Source: Deltaproteobacteria bacterium (lineage in GTDB: Bacteria > Desulfobacterota > Syntrophia > Syntrophales > UBA2210). Taken from it: a stretch of 57,548 bases of DNA. Under the pieces are notes generated by a model that was not told the origin of the DNA, searched no databases, and saw only the letters and a list, made by a program, of their open reading frames with translations. This document shows, piece after piece, positions 28,669 to 40,741 of the stretch (the first letter of the stretch is position 1; every line of letters begins with the position of its first letter). The stretch is from positions 1 to 57,548 of the forward strand of contig JAFDAS010000015.1 of the NCBI GenBank assembly GCA_019313695.1. Direction: 5' to 3'. Both the position numbers and the translations under genes were made by a program.

Positions 28669-29673
28669 TTATTCTTTCACATCCTCATCATCATCCATGC
28701 CGGGAAGGCGAAAATCCACCTTACTGCCAAGGCTGAGGCCCATCTCGGCAAGCATATCTTTTATTTCATTCAAAGATTTTCTTCCGAAGTTCTTTGTCTT
28801 GAGCATTTCCGCTTCTGTCTTCTGAACAAGCTCTCCTATATATTGAATGCCGGCATTCTTCAGACAATTGGCCGATCTTACCGAAAGCTCCAGATCATCG
28901 ACCCCCTTAAACAGATTCTCACCAATATTGTCTTCTTCTACAAGCTCTTTTGGTTCCTCTACTTCCTCCTGCTCATCAAAATTGATAAACACATTCATTT
29001 GTTCCTTTAAGCTCTTGGCTGCATAGGCAACGGCATCCTCGGGCAGAATACTGCCGTCCGTCCAGATTTCAAGTACCAGCTTATCGTAATCTGCTATATG
29101 GCCAACACGCGCGTTGGAAACCGTATATGAGACCTTCTTAATGGGGGAAAACAGGGCATCAATATTGATTGTTCCTTCAGGTTGTTCTATGTCTGTTTCT
29201 CTCCTGGCGGGGACATACCCCTTTCCCACATCAGCCACCAGTTCGGCCTTGATCCCCCCCTTGCCCGAAAGAGTCGCCAGGTGATGATCGGGATTTAGGA
29301 TCTCGACCGTTTCATCTGTGATAATATCTTCCGCTGTAACGGTTCCTTTACCGGAGGCGTCAATATGAAGTGCCCGGGGGCCATCTCCGTGCAATTTCAG
29401 CCGGACTCCCTTCATGTTCAAGATGATATCAGAGACATCCTCCTTTACACCGGAGATAGCTGAAAATTCATGAAGTACTCCGTCAAATTTCACAGATGTA
29501 ATGGCCGCACCGTGAATGGAAGAAAGGAGCACTCTCCTCAGAGCATTCCCCAGCGTGATACCAAACCCTTTTTCCAAAGGCTGGCACGTAAACTCACCAT
29601 AAAGCGATGTATGGGTCTTTTCGTCAATTTCTATTCGTTTTGGTTTTATAAGGCTGCTCCAGTTTTTCTCCAT
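28669..29673 (-). CDS. rpoA: RNA polymerase alpha subunit
   Basis: [21 protein letters not shown] and [11 protein letters not shown]. Confidence 0.98.
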   Translation of the reverse strand: MEKNWSSLIKPKRIEIDEKTHTSLYGEFTCQPLEKGFGITLGNALRRVLLSSIHGAAITSVKFDGVLHEFSAISGVKEDVSDIILNMKGVRLKLHGDGPRALHIDASGKGTVTAEDIITDETVEILNPDHHLATLSGKGGIKAELVADVGKGYVPARRETDIEQPEGTINIDALFSPIKKVSYTVSNARVGHIADYDKLVLEIWTDGSILPEDAVAYAAKSLKEQMNVFINFDEQEEVEEPKELVEEDNIGENLFKGVDDLELSVRSANCLKNAGIQYIGELVQKTEAEMLKTKNFGRKSLNEIKDMLAEMGLSLGSKVDFRLPGMDDDEDVKE

Positions 29674-29700
29674 ATCGTTAATCCCTCATATAAAACATTT

Positions 29701-30333
29701 TTACTTAGAGTAAAACTCAACCACCAGCTGTTCCTGGATGGGCATGGTCAGTTCTTCCCGAGTGGGCAGCGCTTTTACAACACCGGCAAAATTATCCTTA
29801 TCCAGATCCAGCCACCCGGGTACGCCACGCCTGGCAACGGTTTCTACGGCATCGAGTATAGTGGCAACTTTTCTGCTTTTTTCCTTAACCTGTATTTTGT
29901 CACCCATCTTAACCAGACATGAAGGTATGTTTACCTTTTTATCATTCACTAAAAAATGATTGTGTCTTACGAGTTGCCTGGCCTCACCTCTGGAATTAGC
30001 GAAGCCCAGCCTGTACACCATATTATCCAGTCTTCTCTCCAGCAGGAGCAGCAGATTCGTACCCGTCACACCCTTCTGTCTCTCAGCCTTTTCGAAACAG
30101 CCTTTAAATGATTTCTCCAGAAGACCGAACGTCCTCTTGAGTTTCTGCTTTTCCCTTAACTGGATGCCGTAATCGGATGCCTTTCGCCTGAATTTAATCT
30201 GTCCATGTTCTCCGGGTATATAACCCCTTCGTTCAAAGGAACACTTGTCGCCATAACACCTGTCTCCCTTCAGAAACAGTTTCGCACCCTCAGCCCGGCA
30301 TAATCTGCATAAAGATCCTCTATATCTTGCCAA
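29701..30333 (-). CDS. rpsD: 30S ribosomal protein S4 (Zn-binding type)
   Basis: MARY..CRLCR..LFLKG.RC...KC, LERRLDN and VVEFYSK. Confidence 0.98.
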   Translation of the reverse strand: MARYRGSLCRLCRAEGAKLFLKGDRCYGDKCSFERRGYIPGEHGQIKFRRKASDYGIQLREKQKLKRTFGLLEKSFKGCFEKAERQKGVTGTNLLLLLERRLDNMVYRLGFANSRGEARQLVRHNHFLVNDKKVNIPSCLVKMGDKIQVKEKSRKVATILDAVETVARRGVPGWLDLDKDNFAGVVKALPTREELTMPIQEQLVVEFYSK

Positions 30334-30380
30334 AATACTCCTCCCCTACCTAATATATAATCCAGTCAGGATCTGGTAAT

Positions 30381-30773
30381 TTAAACTCTTCTTCTCTTCG
30401 GCGGACGACAACCGTTATGGGGAATCGGGGTCACATCCCTGATAAGACTTATGTTCAAACCCGCTGCCTGCAGCGCCCTGAGCGCCGATTCTCTCCCCGA
30501 ACCAGGCCCCTTTATAAACACCTGCACGTTTCTGAGTCCATGCACCCTCGCCTTCTTGACAGCATCCGTGGCGGTCAGCTGCGCTGCGAAGGGGGTGCTT
30601 TTTCTTGAACCCTTGAATCCCTGCCCGCCACCTGAAGACCAGGCAATAACATTACCGCTCAAATCCGTAATAGTGACTATGGTATTATTAAAAGTTGATT
30701 GAATATGAGCAATCCCGTCAGAGATATTCTTTTTTTCCTTCTTTTTTACATTTCTCTTTTTTGGTCGAGCCAT
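30381..30773 (-). CDS. rpsK: 30S ribosomal protein S11
   Basis: [18 protein letters not shown] and [13 protein letters not shown]. Confidence 0.98.
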   Translation of the reverse strand: MARPKKRNVKKKEKKNISDGIAHIQSTFNNTIVTITDLSGNVIAWSSGGGQGFKGSRKSTPFAAQLTATDAVKKARVHGLRNVQVFIKGPGSGRESALRALQAAGLNISLIRDVTPIPHNGCRPPKRRRV

Positions 30774-30816
30774 CTCTCCTCCAGACATAAAGTCTGCCTA
30801 ATGACAGGCTATGATA

Positions 30817-31188
30817 TTATTTCTTTCTCTTTCCTCCAACAGCTCTTCTCGGACCTTTTCTCGTTCTTGCATTGGTAGACGTTCTCTGGCCCCTCACAGG
30901 AAGGCCTCTTCTGTGCCTCAAGCCCCTGTAAGTCCCTATGTCCATAAGACGTTTTATAGACATGGTAATCTCTCTCCTGAGATCACCTTCAACCTTGCAA
31001 TCCTTATCTATAATGTCCCTTATGGCGGTCATCTGCTCATCGAGAAGATTGTCTGTTTTTGTATCAAGATCGATCCCGGCCTCTTCAAGAATCTCCTTAG
31101 ACTTGGACCTTCCTATCCCGTATATATACGTGAGGGCTATTTCCATTCTTTTATTCTTGGGTAAATCAACTCCTGCGATTCTTGCCAC
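30817..31188 (-). CDS. rpsM: 30S ribosomal protein S13
   Basis: [10 protein letters not shown] and [10 protein letters not shown]. Confidence 0.98.
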   Translation of the reverse strand: MARIAGVDLPKNKRMEIALTYIYGIGRSKSKEILEEAGIDLDTKTDNLLDEQMTAIRDIIDKDCKVEGDLRREITMSIKRLMDIGTYRGLRHRRGLPVRGQRTSTNARTRKGPRRAVGGKRKK

Positions 31189-31206
31189 CTTGCAACCTCC
31201 CGCTGT

Positions 31207-31263
31207 TTATCCCTGGCGCTGTTTATGTTTAGGGTTTTCGCATATGACCCTTACAACACCACG
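31207..31263 (-). pseudogene. rpmJ: 50S ribosomal protein L36, only the C-terminal 18 codons
   Basis: RGVVRVICENPKHKQRQG* begins directly after the infA stop; no start codon, RBS or N-terminal CxxC. Confidence 0.88.
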
Positions 31264-31482
31264 TTATTTCGACCGATATGTAATCCTGCCCCGGGTCAGG
31301 TCATAAGGCGATAATTCTATCGTAACTTTGTCTCCCGGTAATATTTTGATAAAATGCATTCTCATCTTCCCGGAGATATGGGCCAGAACACGATGGCCGT
31401 TTTCGAGCTCAACACGAAACATTGCATTCGGTAATGGTTCCAATACAGTACCTTCAACAACTATAGCTTCTTCTTTAGCCAT
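31264..31482 (-). CDS. infA: Translation initiation factor IF-1
   Basis: MAKEEAI...LPNAMFRV...[10 protein letters not shown]. Confidence 0.98.
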   Translation of the reverse strand: MAKEEAIVVEGTVLEPLPNAMFRVELENGHRVLAHISGKMRMHFIKILPGDKVTIELSPYDLTRGRITYRSK

Positions 31483-31489
31483 TCGATCA

Positions 31490-32269
31490 TCACTCCTCAA
31501 GTGCCCGAGGGTGTCCCGACATGTCGGGACTGCTTAATATCACAGGTCCGTCTTCAGTGACGGCTATCGTATGTTCAAAGTGGGCCGACAGGCTACCGTC
31601 GTCTGTTACTACTGTCCATCCGTCAGGTTTTGTTTTTACCATGTATGATCCTTCATTCACCATGGGTTCTATGGCTATCACCATACCTGCCTTCAGCTTG
31701 ACGCCCCGGCCACCCACCCCGAAATTCGGAACCGGAGGATCCTCATGAAGGTCTTTTCCTATCCCGTGGCCGACATAATCTCTTACCACCGAAAAACCGG
31801 CACTTTCCACACAGCTTTGTACCGCAAAGGATATATCGCCTAATCTGTTCCCCTCCCTTGCCTTCTCTATGCCCTTATACAGGGATTCTTCCGTTACCTT
31901 CATCAGCCTGGAGGCTGACGCGGAAATCCTGCCCACAGCAACGGTAATAGCGGAATCTCCATAATAACCTTTATAATAGACCCCGTAATCGAGGCTTATT
32001 ATGTCACCCTCTTCCAAAGACCTGTCTGAAGGAAAACCGTGCACAACCTCCGAGTTTACAGACGCGCAGAGCGCAAAGGGAAATCCTCCGTACCCCTTGA
32101 AAGCAGGTTTTGCACCCCTTTTCTGCGTCACACCCTCGGCGTATTCATTCAATTTCAATGTCGTTACGCCCGGCCTTATTTTCTCCCTTAAACCAGTCAG
32201 CACCTCGGCTACAATAGCGTTACTCTCCCCTATTTTTTTTACTTCTTCGGGAGACTTCAGGATGATCAT
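31490..32269 (-). CDS. map: Methionine aminopeptidase type I
   Basis: VVHGFP, GDSA, GHGIG..LHEDP, IEPM and SAHFEHT. Confidence 0.97.
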   Translation of the reverse strand: MIILKSPEEVKKIGESNAIVAEVLTGLREKIRPGVTTLKLNEYAEGVTQKRGAKPAFKGYGGFPFALCASVNSEVVHGFPSDRSLEEGDIISLDYGVYYKGYYGDSAITVAVGRISASASRLMKVTEESLYKGIEKAREGNRLGDISFAVQSCVESAGFSVVRDYVGHGIGKDLHEDPPVPNFGVGGRGVKLKAGMVIAIEPMVNEGSYMVKTKPDGWTVVTDDGSLSAHFEHTIAVTEDGPVILSSPDMSGHPRALEE

Positions 32270-32322
32270 CTGGTTTATTGCCTCACAAGTGCCATCGGGG
32301 ACAATCCTGACATGTCGAAACT

Positions 32323-33630
32323 TTAACGCCTTCTGCCCATCCTGCCCTTTTTCATAAACCCTTCGTATTGCCTGGTAAGCAGATGGGTCTCTATCTGACC
32401 TGCCGTGTCAAGGGCAACCCCGACAACGATAAGGAGAGCTGTACCCCCGAAGTAAAAAGGAACATTAAACTGACTTATAAGGATGCTCGGCAGGACGCAA
32501 ACAGCGGATACATATATGGCGCCACTGAAGGTAAGCCTCGTCAGGACGCTGTCTATATACTCAGCAGTCTTCTTGCCGGGTCGTATGCCCGGTACGTAGC
32601 CGCCATGTTTTTTCATATTGTCGGCAACATTCACCGGGTTGAATGTAACAGCCGTATAAAAATAACAGAAGAATATTATAAGCGCTACGTAAAACAGCTC
32701 ATAAACAAATCTCCCGGGCATCAGGAACCCTGCCACTGTTTTCATCCACGGATGCGGAATAAAATTGGCAATAGTAGCGGGAAACATGATGATGGATGAA
32801 GCGAAGATCGGGGGAATAACACCAGCCGTATTGACCTTCAGAGGCAGGTGCGTTGTCTGACCGCCATACATCTTCCTCCCGACAACCCTTTTTGCGTACT
32901 GTACGGGGATCCTCCTCTGCGCACTCTCGACAAACACAATCACACCGACAACACCAACCATCAGCACGAGGAGGAGCACAACAAAGAATATCCCCATCTC
33001 CCCCGTGGACAACAGGCGGAAGGTATTCACGACGGCAGCGGGACCTCCGCATACTATGCCTGCAAAGATAATCAGGGATATCCCGTTCCCTATTCCCTTT
33101 TCAGTAATCGTTTCTCCCAGCCACATGATAAACGACGTGCCTGCCGTCAGTGTAATAACCGTCATCAGGCGAAAAGCCCACCCCGGTGTGATAACAATGG
33201 ACAAACCAGAAGGACCCGCCATATTCTCCAGGCCTACAGCTATGCCAAACCCCTGTATGATACTCAGAACAACCGTGCCATATCTCGTATACTGGGTTAT
33301 TTTTCTTCTGCCCGCATCCCCCTCTTTAGACAATTTTTCGAGGTGAGGAACGGCAACCGTAAGCAACTGAAGGATGATGGATGCGCTGATATAGGGCATA
33401 ATCCCCAGGGCAAAAACAGAGAGCCTGCTCAGAGCGCCCCCCGCAAACATATCAAAGAGCCCGAGAAGAGAGTTCCTCGCCTGCTCAAAAAATGCGGCAA
33501 GGGCCTGCGTGTCTATACCGGGCGTAGGCACATGCGCGCCTATCCTGTAAACAGCAAGAAGGAAAAAGGTAAACAGTATCTTCTTCTGCAGTTCCGGAAT
33601 CTTTGTTATGTTTTTAAAGCCACCTAACAT
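32323..33630 (-). CDS. secY: Preprotein translocase SecY
   Basis: [31 protein letters not shown] and [12 protein letters not shown]. Confidence 0.98.
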   Translation of the reverse strand: MLGGFKNITKIPELQKKILFTFFLLAVYRIGAHVPTPGIDTQALAAFFEQARNSLLGLFDMFAGGALSRLSVFALGIMPYISASIILQLLTVAVPHLEKLSKEGDAGRRKITQYTRYGTVVLSIIQGFGIAVGLENMAGPSGLSIVITPGWAFRLMTVITLTAGTSFIMWLGETITEKGIGNGISLIIFAGIVCGGPAAVVNTFRLLSTGEMGIFFVVLLLVLMVGVVGVIVFVESAQRRIPVQYAKRVVGRKMYGGQTTHLPLKVNTAGVIPPIFASSIIMFPATIANFIPHPWMKTVAGFLMPGRFVYELFYVALIIFFCYFYTAVTFNPVNVADNMKKHGGYVPGIRPGKKTAEYIDSVLTRLTFSGAIYVSAVCVLPSILISQFNVPFYFGGTALLIVVGVALDTAGQIETHLLTRQYEGFMKKGRMGRRR

Positions 33631-34070
33631 CAAACAACCTCTACCCTGCCGCCTGAAGCTTCTATCTTTTCCCTGGCGCTGCGGCTTATACCATTAACCT
33701 TTAACGTCAATGGATAGTCTATGCTCCCGCTGCCAAGCAGCTTGATTCCATCGCCGCTGCCTTTAACAATACCGCTTGTTACCAGGGCATCCACGTCTAC
33801 GATCGAATCCTTCGGAAATTTATTTAACTGGCCGATATTAACAATAACAATATCTTTTCGGAATCTGTTATAAAATCCCCTTTTCGGCAGCCTCCTCGTA
33901 AGGGGCATCTGTCCACCCTCGAATCCAGGCCTGACGCCTCCCCCTGAGCGAGAGTTCTGTCCCTTATGGCCCCGGCAGGATGTTCCTCCGTGGCCCGAAC
34001 CATCGCCACGTCCTACCCTCTTTCTCGTCTTAGTGGACCCCTCTGCAGGTCTCAATTCGTTCAGCTTCAT
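33630..34070 (-). CDS. rplO: 50S ribosomal protein L15
   Basis: RVGRG.GSG..GT..RGHKGQ and GFEGGQMPL. Confidence 0.98.
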   Translation of the reverse strand: MKLNELRPAEGSTKTRKRVGRGDGSGHGGTSCRGHKGQNSRSGGGVRPGFEGGQMPLTRRLPKRGFYNRFRKDIVIVNIGQLNKFPKDSIVDVDALVTSGIVKGSGDGIKLLGSGSIDYPLTLKVNGISRSAREKIEASGGRVEVV

Positions 34071-34258
34071 ATGTCCATCTCACATTCTTCCGCAGAAACC
34101 AGATGGGAAACCTTTCTGACCATGCCTCTAATTTCCGGAGTACTATTCAGGTAAACTGTTTTATTCAACTTTTCAAGCCCCATCCCACGCAGTACTTTTC
34201 TCTGTTTCTCAGGTCTTCCTATGGGACTTTTGACAAGTGTAATCCTAAGTTGTTTCAC
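34067..34258 (-). CDS. rpmD: 50S ribosomal protein L30
   Basis: ITLVKSPIG...[10 protein letters not shown]; position. Confidence 0.95.
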   Translation of the reverse strand: MKQLRITLVKSPIGRPEKQRKVLRGMGLEKLNKTVYLNSTPEIRGMVRKVSHLVSAEECEMDI

Positions 34259-34282
34259 GACCCATTCCTCAATATTACATCT

Positions 34283-34783
34283 TTAGATTTCTGTTATATC
34301 TTTTCCCCGCAGCGCGGCTATCTGTGCAGGATTTCTCAAGTTCCTAAGGCCATCCATTGTTGCTTTAACAAGATTATGGGGATTGTGCGAACCCAGGCAT
34401 TTAGTCAACACATCCTGGACTCCTGCCACTTCCAGGATAGCCCTGACTGCACCTCCGGCTATAAGACCCGTACCTTTGGAGGCGGGCTTTAAAAGAACTC
34501 TCCCAGCCCCATAATGACCTATTACCTCATGGGGTATCGTCCCATCCGCGATGGACACCTTGACAAGACCTCTTTTGGCCATCTCCATTCCCTTTCTGAT
34601 GGCTTCAGGAACTTCATGGGCCTTCCCCAATCCTATGCCGACAGAGCCGTTTCCATCACCAACCGCCACCACGGCACTGAATCTAAATCTCCTGCCGCCT
34701 TTTACTACTTTGGCAGTCCTTTTGATCTTTATTACCTTGTCGAGAAGTTCGTTTTCTTCCATGTTTCCCTTATCCAGATCCAA
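34283..34783 (-). CDS. rpsE: 30S ribosomal protein S5
   Basis: [11 protein letters not shown] and GTGLIAGG. Confidence 0.98.
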   Translation of the reverse strand: MDLDKGNMEENELLDKVIKIKRTAKVVKGGRRFRFSAVVAVGDGNGSVGIGLGKAHEVPEAIRKGMEMAKRGLVKVSIADGTIPHEVIGHYGAGRVLLKPASKGTGLIAGGAVRAILEVAGVQDVLTKCLGSHNPHNLVKATMDGLRNLRNPAQIAALRGKDITEI

Positions 34784-34786
34784 GAA

Positions 34787-35155
34787 TTATAATTTTACAC
34801 CCGTTTCCCTTACACCTTCGGCAAGGGACTTTACTCTCCCATGATATAGAAACCTGCCCCTGTCAAAGACGGCTTCTTTTATGCCCTTTGACAACAAGTT
34901 CTTCGCCATCAGCTTTCCGACCTCTCTGGCCGCTTCAACTTTTTTAAGGCCTGTCAGATTTTCCTTAATCTCTTCATTCAACGTCGATGCCTGAGCCAGG
35001 GTCTTCCCAACATCGTCGGCAATCGCCTGGACATATATATACCTGGAGCTACGAAAAACCGAAAGACGTGGCCGCGCCTCTGTGCCACAGATCTTGCTTC
35101 TGACCCTCTTCTCACGCCTTTCTCTTATCTTTTTCAATCTCTTTATCGATGCCAC
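34787..35155 (-). CDS. rplR: 50S ribosomal protein L18
   Basis: RPRLSVFRS and FDRG..LYHGRV. Confidence 0.97.
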   Translation of the reverse strand: MASIKRLKKIRERREKRVRSKICGTEARPRLSVFRSSRYIYVQAIADDVGKTLAQASTLNEEIKENLTGLKKVEAAREVGKLMAKNLLSKGIKEAVFDRGRFLYHGRVKSLAEGVRETGVKL

Positions 35156-35207
35156 AACAACTCCCCTACAATAATTTTGACAGTTTCACAAAAACTCAAT
35201 ATCCGGC

Positions 35208-35747
35208 TTACGTCCCCGCAGACTTCCCTACTTTCTTTCTCACATATTCGCCTGCATATCTGATCCCTTTCCCCTTATAGGGTTCAGGTTTTTTCAAATC
35301 CCTTATTTCTGATGCAGTCCTGCCGACAAGTTCCTTATCTATACCTGAAACCACCATGTTTACCTGCTTGTCAACCTTGATGGTTATCCCCTCCGGTATC
35401 TTGTATTCCACAGGATCGGAGTATCCTATAAGCAGCTTGAGAACGTTACCTGTAACCTCTCCACGGTATCCGACTCCGACTATCTCCAGGGACTTTTCGA
35501 ATCCCTTGCTCACACCCGTCACCATGTTGGCAATCAGTGTCCTTGCAAGACCATGCAGAGACCTTCCCCTTCTATCATCAGACCTCGTATTTACAAGGGC
35601 CACATCCCCCTCTAAAGCAACCGCTATCCCCTCCGGAATTTTCCTGGAGAGGGTTCCCCTGGGACCCTCTGTTACCATTAAAGACCCATCCTGTCTGATC
35701 CTTACACCATCAGGGATCTCTATCGGTCTCTTGCCAATTCTCGACAT
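35208..35747 (-). CDS. rplF: 50S ribosomal protein L6
   Basis: MSRIGK and PEPYKGKGIRY. Confidence 0.98.
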   Translation of the reverse strand: MSRIGKRPIEIPDGVRIRQDGSLMVTEGPRGTLSRKIPEGIAVALEGDVALVNTRSDDRRGRSLHGLARTLIANMVTGVSKGFEKSLEIVGVGYRGEVTGNVLKLLIGYSDPVEYKIPEGITIKVDKQVNMVVSGIDKELVGRTASEIRDLKKPEPYKGKGIRYAGEYVRKKVGKSAGT

Positions 35748-35791
35748 GAATAATTCTCCTGCCTCATCTTATCAGCTATAAAAATTTATTC

Positions 35792-36196
35792 TCACCACAC
35801 ATTGCAGAGAATTTCACCGCCCACGTTTAAGGTCCGTGCCTGTTTATCAGTCATGATCCCCCTGGAAGTCGAAAGGATAGCCACTCCATATCCATTTAAA
35901 ACCCTGGGGATATTCTGATTGCCTGAATATATTCTTCTGCCTGGTTTACTCACCCTTTGTATACCTGTTATCACACTATCCTTTACGCCTGAATATCTCA
36001 GGTGTATCCTCAACATACCATGTGCCTTCTTGTCACCTTTTCTGACATCAAACCCATTTATATACCCCGCGTCTTTTAACACCTTCGCAAGGCTCAAATT
36101 CATCCTCGACAGCAACACGTCTACATTTTTAAACTTCATACGATTCGCGTTTCTGATTCTTGTCAACATATCGGCAACAGGATCGGTCATCCCCAT
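35792..36196 (-). CDS. rpsH: 30S ribosomal protein S8
   Basis: DPVADMLTRIRN, SKPGRR and GGEILCNVW. Confidence 0.98.
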   Translation of the reverse strand: MGMTDPVADMLTRIRNANRMKFKNVDVLLSRMNLSLAKVLKDAGYINGFDVRKGDKKAHGMLRIHLRYSGVKDSVITGIQRVSKPGRRIYSGNQNIPRVLNGYGVAILSTSRGIMTDKQARTLNVGGEILCNVW

Positions 36197-36208
36197 CTTG
36201 CTTCTCCT

Positions 36209-36394
36209 TTACCAGCTTGATTTTACAACGCCTGGAAGTTCTCCGTTAAGGGAACGTTTTCTCAGACATATCCTGCACATATCAAATTTCCTGTAATAAG
36301 CACGCGGCCTTCCGCACAACGGACAACGATTGTATTCCATAACGGAAAATTTCTTTTTTGCCTTGGCTTTTGCTATCAAGGATTTCTTTGCCAC
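36209..36394 (-). CDS. rpsN: 30S ribosomal protein S14 (Zn-binding type Z)
   Basis: RCPLCGRPR...CRICLR...LPGVVKSSW. Confidence 0.97.
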   Translation of the reverse strand: MAKKSLIAKAKAKKKFSVMEYNRCPLCGRPRAYYRKFDMCRICLRKRSLNGELPGVVKSSW

Positions 36395-36406
36395 ACCCGC
36401 TCCTCC

Positions 36407-36946
36407 CTAATTACGAAATGGAACACCCATTAACTTTAAAAGTCGTCTTGCCTCGTCATCTGTCTTAGCCGTCGTGACAATAGTTATGTTCATCCCTTTA
36501 ACTTTGTCGATCTTGTCATAATCAATCTCGGTAAAGATGTAATGTTCATTAATCCCCATAGAAAAATTTCCCCTGCCATCGAATGATTTTGGCGAAATAC
36601 CCCTGAAGTCTCTTATTCTCGGGATGGCAATATTAACAAGCCTGTCAAGAAATTCGTACATCTTCTCCTGTCTCAAGGTCACCATACACCCTATCGACAT
36701 GCCCTGACGCAGTTTAAAGGTGGCAATCGATTTGCGCGCCTTGGTAACAACAGGCCGCTGACCAACAATCATGGCAAGTTCTGCAACCGCATTATCAAGT
36801 ATCTTGATATTCTGTATCGCCTCACCCAGGCCCATATTAACCACAATCTTTTCAAGCCTGGGAACCTGCATAGGGTTTTTATATCCAAGCTCCTTGATTA
36901 ATACGGGAGTCACTTCCTCTTTGTAATATTTTCTTAATCTTGCCAT
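36407..36946 (-). CDS. rplE: 50S ribosomal protein L5
   Basis: [17 protein letters not shown] and FDGRGN. Confidence 0.98.
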   Translation of the reverse strand: MARLRKYYKEEVTPVLIKELGYKNPMQVPRLEKIVVNMGLGEAIQNIKILDNAVAELAMIVGQRPVVTKARKSIATFKLRQGMSIGCMVTLRQEKMYEFLDRLVNIAIPRIRDFRGISPKSFDGRGNFSMGINEHYIFTEIDYDKIDKVKGMNITIVTTAKTDDEARRLLKLMGVPFRN

Positions 36947-36961
36947 CTGTCTTTCCCCGGT

Positions 36962-37282
36962 TTACTCATCCAATAGCTCTTGGCATTTTTTACAAATACG
37001 CACCTTCTTGCCATCCTCCAACACCTTGTACCCTATCCTTACGCCGGTATCACATTTACTACATACAAGCATGATATTGGATACATGAAGAGGGGCTTCC
37101 TTTTCCACTATTCCACCCTTACCGGTCGCATCGGGTCTCTGGTGTTTTTTTATCAGGTTCATCTTTTCGATCACAACACGATTTTTTTCTCTGATAATAT
37201 TAAGCACCTTACCGGTCTTTCCCTTCTCCCTGCCGGCTATTACTTTTACAGTATCATTTTTCTTTATATGCATTTGCCGCAT
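36962..37282 (-). CDS. rplX: 50S ribosomal protein L24
   Basis: IKKNDTVKVIAGREKGK (KOW) and EAPLHVSN; start approximate. Confidence 0.96.
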   Translation of the reverse strand: MRQMHIKKNDTVKVIAGREKGKTGKVLNIIREKNRVVIEKMNLIKKHQRPDATGKGGIVEKEAPLHVSNIMLVCSKCDTGVRIGYKVLEDGKKVRICKKCQELLDE

Positions 37283-37309
37283 CTCCAACACCCTAAAACT
37301 TTCACCCAC

Positions 37310-37678
37310 TTATATTACTTCCGGAGCAAGGGAAACTATCTTCATAAACTGTTTTGCCCGAAGTTCCCTGGCTACCGGTCCGAATATCCTTGTGCCAAGC
37401 GGTTCAAGCTGATCATTTATAAGGACAGCAGAATTCTCGTCAAACTTGAGATATGAACCATCGTTCCGGCCAATTTCCTTTCTCGTTCTCACGACAACGG
37501 CCTTCAGCACGTCTCCCTTCTTCACCTTCGAGTTGGGAATAGCCTCCTTGACAGAGACCACGATAACATCTCCCACGCGGGCATATCTCCTCTTCGAACC
37601 ACCAAGAACCTTTATACAACAGACCTTTCTGGCCCCAGAATTATCCGCCACCCTTAAAAAGGTTTGCATCTGTATCAT
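37310..37678 (-). CDS. rplN: 50S ribosomal protein L14
   Basis: VADNSGA and [12 protein letters not shown]. Confidence 0.98.
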   Translation of the reverse strand: MIQMQTFLRVADNSGARKVCCIKVLGGSKRRYARVGDVIVVSVKEAIPNSKVKKGDVLKAVVVRTRKEIGRNDGSYLKFDENSAVLINDQLEPLGTRIFGPVARELRAKQFMKIVSLAPEVI

Positions 37679-37705
37679 AACAAAAACCCCGCCGCTACAC
37701 TCCTG

Positions 37706-37963
37706 TTATTTCGCCTTCTCCAATATCTCACACACCCTCCACCGTTTCTCTTTACTGAAAGGGCGTGATTCAGCTATCAATACCTTATCCCCCAACCCAC
37801 ACCTGTTTTCTTTATCATGGGCCTTGTATTTTACATGCCTCTTTATATATTTATGAAATTTAGGATGCTTAACCAGCCGTTCCGTCAGGACAACCACCGT
37901 CTTATCCATTTTGTCGCTTACCACCATCCCCTGTAAGCTTCTCTTGTTACTTCTGTTATCCAT
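37706..37963 (-). CDS. rpsQ: 30S ribosomal protein S17
   Basis: [12 protein letters not shown] and ESRPFSK. Confidence 0.97.
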   Translation of the reverse strand: MDNRSNKRSLQGMVVSDKMDKTVVVLTERLVKHPKFHKYIKRHVKYKAHDKENRCGLGDKVLIAESRPFSKEKRWRVCEILEKAK

Positions 37964-37964
37964 A

Positions 37965-38159
37965 TTATCTCTGGTCTCCTCTTTCCCTGAGAACAGTTTT
38001 CACACGGGCCACATCCCTCTTCACACTCTTTATCACGGAGGGAGACTCCAGCTGCCCTGTTGCAAACCTGACACGAAGTCTGAAGAGCTCCTCAACGAAA
38101 CTCTTTTCCTTTTCTTTTAACTCATCCACACTAAGGTCTCTGATTTCCTTAATTTTCAT
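37965..38159 (-). CDS. rpmC: 50S ribosomal protein L29
   Basis: ELFRLR..ATGQL...VARVKT. Confidence 0.96.
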   Translation of the reverse strand: MKIKEIRDLSVDELKEKEKSFVEELFRLRVRFATGQLESPSVIKSVKRDVARVKTVLRERGDQR

Positions 38160-38571
38160 CAAATATCTCCCTGGAAAGAAACTTGGTCGCCACAGGAAGT
38201 TTATACGATGCCAGCCTCAATGCCTCGCGGGCAACATCTTTCGGAACCCCTTCCATTTCGTAGAGAACCGTACCCTTCTTGACTATGGCAACCCACTCTT
38301 CAGGAGACCCCTTCCCCTTTCCCATACGGGTCTCTGCCGGTTTTTTTGTCACCGACTTATGGGGGAAAATGCGTATCCATATCTTACCGCCACGTTTCAC
38401 ATGACGGGTTATCGCAATACGGGCAGATTCGATCTGCCGTGCCGTCACCCGGCCACTTTCCATTGCCTGGAGCCCATATTCACCAAAGTCCACTTTGATT
38501 CCCTTATGGGCGCGGCCCTTTATGCGGCCCTTCTGCAACTTCCTGTATTTTACTCTCTTTGGTGCTAACAT
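38149..38571 (-). CDS. rplP: 50S ribosomal protein L16
   Basis: PKRVKYRK and ETRMGKGKG. Confidence 0.98.
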   Translation of the reverse strand: MLAPKRVKYRKLQKGRIKGRAHKGIKVDFGEYGLQAMESGRVTARQIESARIAITRHVKRGGKIWIRIFPHKSVTKKPAETRMGKGKGSPEEWVAIVKKGTVLYEMEGVPKDVAREALRLASYKLPVATKFLSREIFDEN

Positions 38572-38578
38572 AACGATC

Positions 38579-39226
38579 CTATTCCTGAACGATTTTCTTG
38601 TCCGGCAAAATCTCGCCGTTAAATATCAAGACCTTGACGCCTATGATTCCATAAGTCGTCCGGGCCTCGGCAAAACCATAATCGATATCCGCCCGCAACG
38701 TATGAAGTGGGACTCTGCCCTCTCTGTACCATTCTCTTCTCGCCATCTCCGCTCCGCCCAGTCTCCCTGCACAGGCCACTCTGACACCTTTGACACCAAA
38801 CTTCATGGCCGTGGTCACACCTCGCTTCATGGCTCTTCTGAAGCTTACCCTTCTTACAAGCTGCAGCGCAATATTCTCGGCCACAAGCTGAGCGTCTGTT
38901 TCCGGCTTGCGCACCTCCAGTATATTTATAATGACATCGCCCGTCATGATCTTTTCGATATCTTTCTTTACCTTCTCTATTTCCGTCCCCTTCCTTCCGA
39001 TGATAATGCCGGGACGCGCCGTATAAATGTTAATCTTGGCCTTGTCGGAAGCCCTTTCAATCTCTATCCTGGATATACCTGCATGGAAAAACTTGTCCCT
39101 TATATGCTTTCTGACCCGTATATCTTCATGAAGCAACTTACTGTAGTTCCGCTCCGCGAACCACTTTGAGCTCCAAGTTTTATTAATACCCAACCTGAAC
39201 CCGATGGGATTTACCTTTTGTCCCAA
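38579..39226 (-). CDS. rpsC: 30S ribosomal protein S3
   Basis: [13 protein letters not shown] and [14 protein letters not shown]. Confidence 0.98.
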   Translation of the reverse strand: MGQKVNPIGFRLGINKTWSSKWFAERNYSKLLHEDIRVRKHIRDKFFHAGISRIEIERASDKAKINIYTARPGIIIGRKGTEIEKVKKDIEKIMTGDVIINILEVRKPETDAQLVAENIALQLVRRVSFRRAMKRGVTTAMKFGVKGVRVACAGRLGGAEMARREWYREGRVPLHTLRADIDYGFAEARTTYGIIGVKVLIFNGEILPDKKIVQE

Positions 39227-39246
39227 ACCTTCACCTCCTATACAGA

Positions 39247-39579
39247 TTACCCTTCGTCAAGCACGACCGTTATATGACTTGTCCTTTTCCTTATGGGGGC
39301 AGCTCTTCCCTGTGCCCTTGCCCTCCACCTCTTCAGCGAAGGTCCCTGATCCACAAATACCTCTTTTACATAAAGGATATTCTCATCTATGTTGGGATTC
39401 TGAGCTGCATTAGCCATCGCGGATTTCAAAATCTTCCTGACGATACCCGCGGCCTTTTTATGTGTAAAGCCGAGAGTAGTATCCGCATCTCCAACCTTTT
39501 TCCCTCTTATCAGATCAACCACCAGCCTTGCCTTCTGCGGTGATATCCGAACATGTTTTAAAATCGCTTTCGCTTCCAT
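39247..39579 (-). CDS. rplV: 50S ribosomal protein L22
   Basis: [10 protein letters not shown] and [14 protein letters not shown]. Confidence 0.98.
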   Translation of the reverse strand: MEAKAILKHVRISPQKARLVVDLIRGKKVGDADTTLGFTHKKAAGIVRKILKSAMANAAQNPNIDENILYVKEVFVDQGPSLKRWRARAQGRAAPIRKRTSHITVVLDEG

Positions 39580-39609
39580 TCGTCACAAAACTCCACACGC
39601 TGATTCTGG

Positions 39610-39894
39610 CTATCTCTTTTTCAGCCTTGTCTTCCTGTCTCCAGCATGACTGTAAAAGGTCCTCGTTGGCGAAAATTCACCCAGTTTGTGCCCAACCATA
39701 TCTTCAGTCACATATACAGGAATGAATTTCTTTCCATTGTGTACCGCAAACGTATGGCTTACAAGATCGGGGACAATCGTGGAACGGCGGGACCACGTCT
39801 TTATTACCGCTCTGCTCCCCGCAACCTCCGCCGACCTCACCTTCTTAAGAAGCTTCTCATTAATATAAGGACCTTTTTTTATTGAACGCGCCAC
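39610..39894 (-). CDS. rpsS: 30S ribosomal protein S19
   Basis: RSIKKGP, KTWSRRS and GHKLGEF. Confidence 0.98.
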   Translation of the reverse strand: MARSIKKGPYINEKLLKKVRSAEVAGSRAVIKTWSRRSTIVPDLVSHTFAVHNGKKFIPVYVTEDMVGHKLGEFSPTRTFYSHAGDRKTRLKKR

Positions 39895-39897
39895 ACC

Positions 39898-40719
39898 CTA
39901 ACCTCTTTTCTTTACAATATATTTATCAGAATTTCTGTTCTTTCTTGTCTTGTAACCTTTGGTTGGCACTCCCCACGGAGTGCATGGATGCCTGCCTCCG
40001 GACGACTTGCCCTCACCACCACCCATTGGATGATCAACGGGATTCATGACTACTCCGCGAACCTTGGGCCTCCTGCCCAGCCACCTCGCCCGCCCCGCCT
40101 TTCCGATACTCAAGTTTTCGTGATCGATGTTACCGATTTGCCCTATTGTTGCCTTACACCCCATCAGGATTTTCCGGACTTCTCCCGAAGGCAGCCGGAC
40201 CTGGGCATAGGACCCCTCTTTCGCCATAAGCTGACCATAAGAACCGGCGCTGCGAATCAGCTGTCCGCCCTTACCAATTTTGAGTTCAAGATTGTGAATC
40301 AGAGAACCCAGGGGTATATTCCTCAGTGGAAGCGTGTTGCCTGTCTTTATGTCCTCTTTCTCACCACTAATAACAGTACTGCCCACTTCAAGACCCAGTG
40401 GCGCAAGTATATATCTTTTTTCCCCATCCCTGTAATGGAGAAGCGCTATTCTCGAAGAACGATTCGGATCATATTCAATGGCCGCTACCCTGGCAGGGAT
40501 ATCCAGCTTATCGCGTCTGAAGTCTATGACCCTGAATTTTCTCTTATGACCGCCGCCGATGTGCCTGCTCGTCATCCGCCCCAGATTGTTCCGTCCACCG
40601 GTTCTCTTCAGCGACTTCAATAGACTCTTCTCAGGCTTCGCCTTCGTTATTTCCTCAAAGGTAGAGCATGTCTGGAATCTCCTGCCCGGCGATGTTGGTT
40701 TGTATGTTTTCAGTGCCAT
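39898..40719 (-). CDS. rplB: 50S ribosomal protein L2
   Basis: EYDPNRS and [13 protein letters not shown]. Confidence 0.98.
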   Translation of the reverse strand: MALKTYKPTSPGRRFQTCSTFEEITKAKPEKSLLKSLKRTGGRNNLGRMTSRHIGGGHKRKFRVIDFRRDKLDIPARVAAIEYDPNRSSRIALLHYRDGEKRYILAPLGLEVGSTVISGEKEDIKTGNTLPLRNIPLGSLIHNLELKIGKGGQLIRSAGSYGQLMAKEGSYAQVRLPSGEVRKILMGCKATIGQIGNIDHENLSIGKAGRARWLGRRPKVRGVVMNPVDHPMGGGEGKSSGGRHPCTPWGVPTKGYKTRKNRNSDKYIVKKRG

Positions 40720-40741
40720 GTTTCTCTAAAGCCCCTTCTTT

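Noticed and set aside
32270-32322. adk absent between secY and map
   Set aside because: adk position is variable among bacteria and no remnant is visible.
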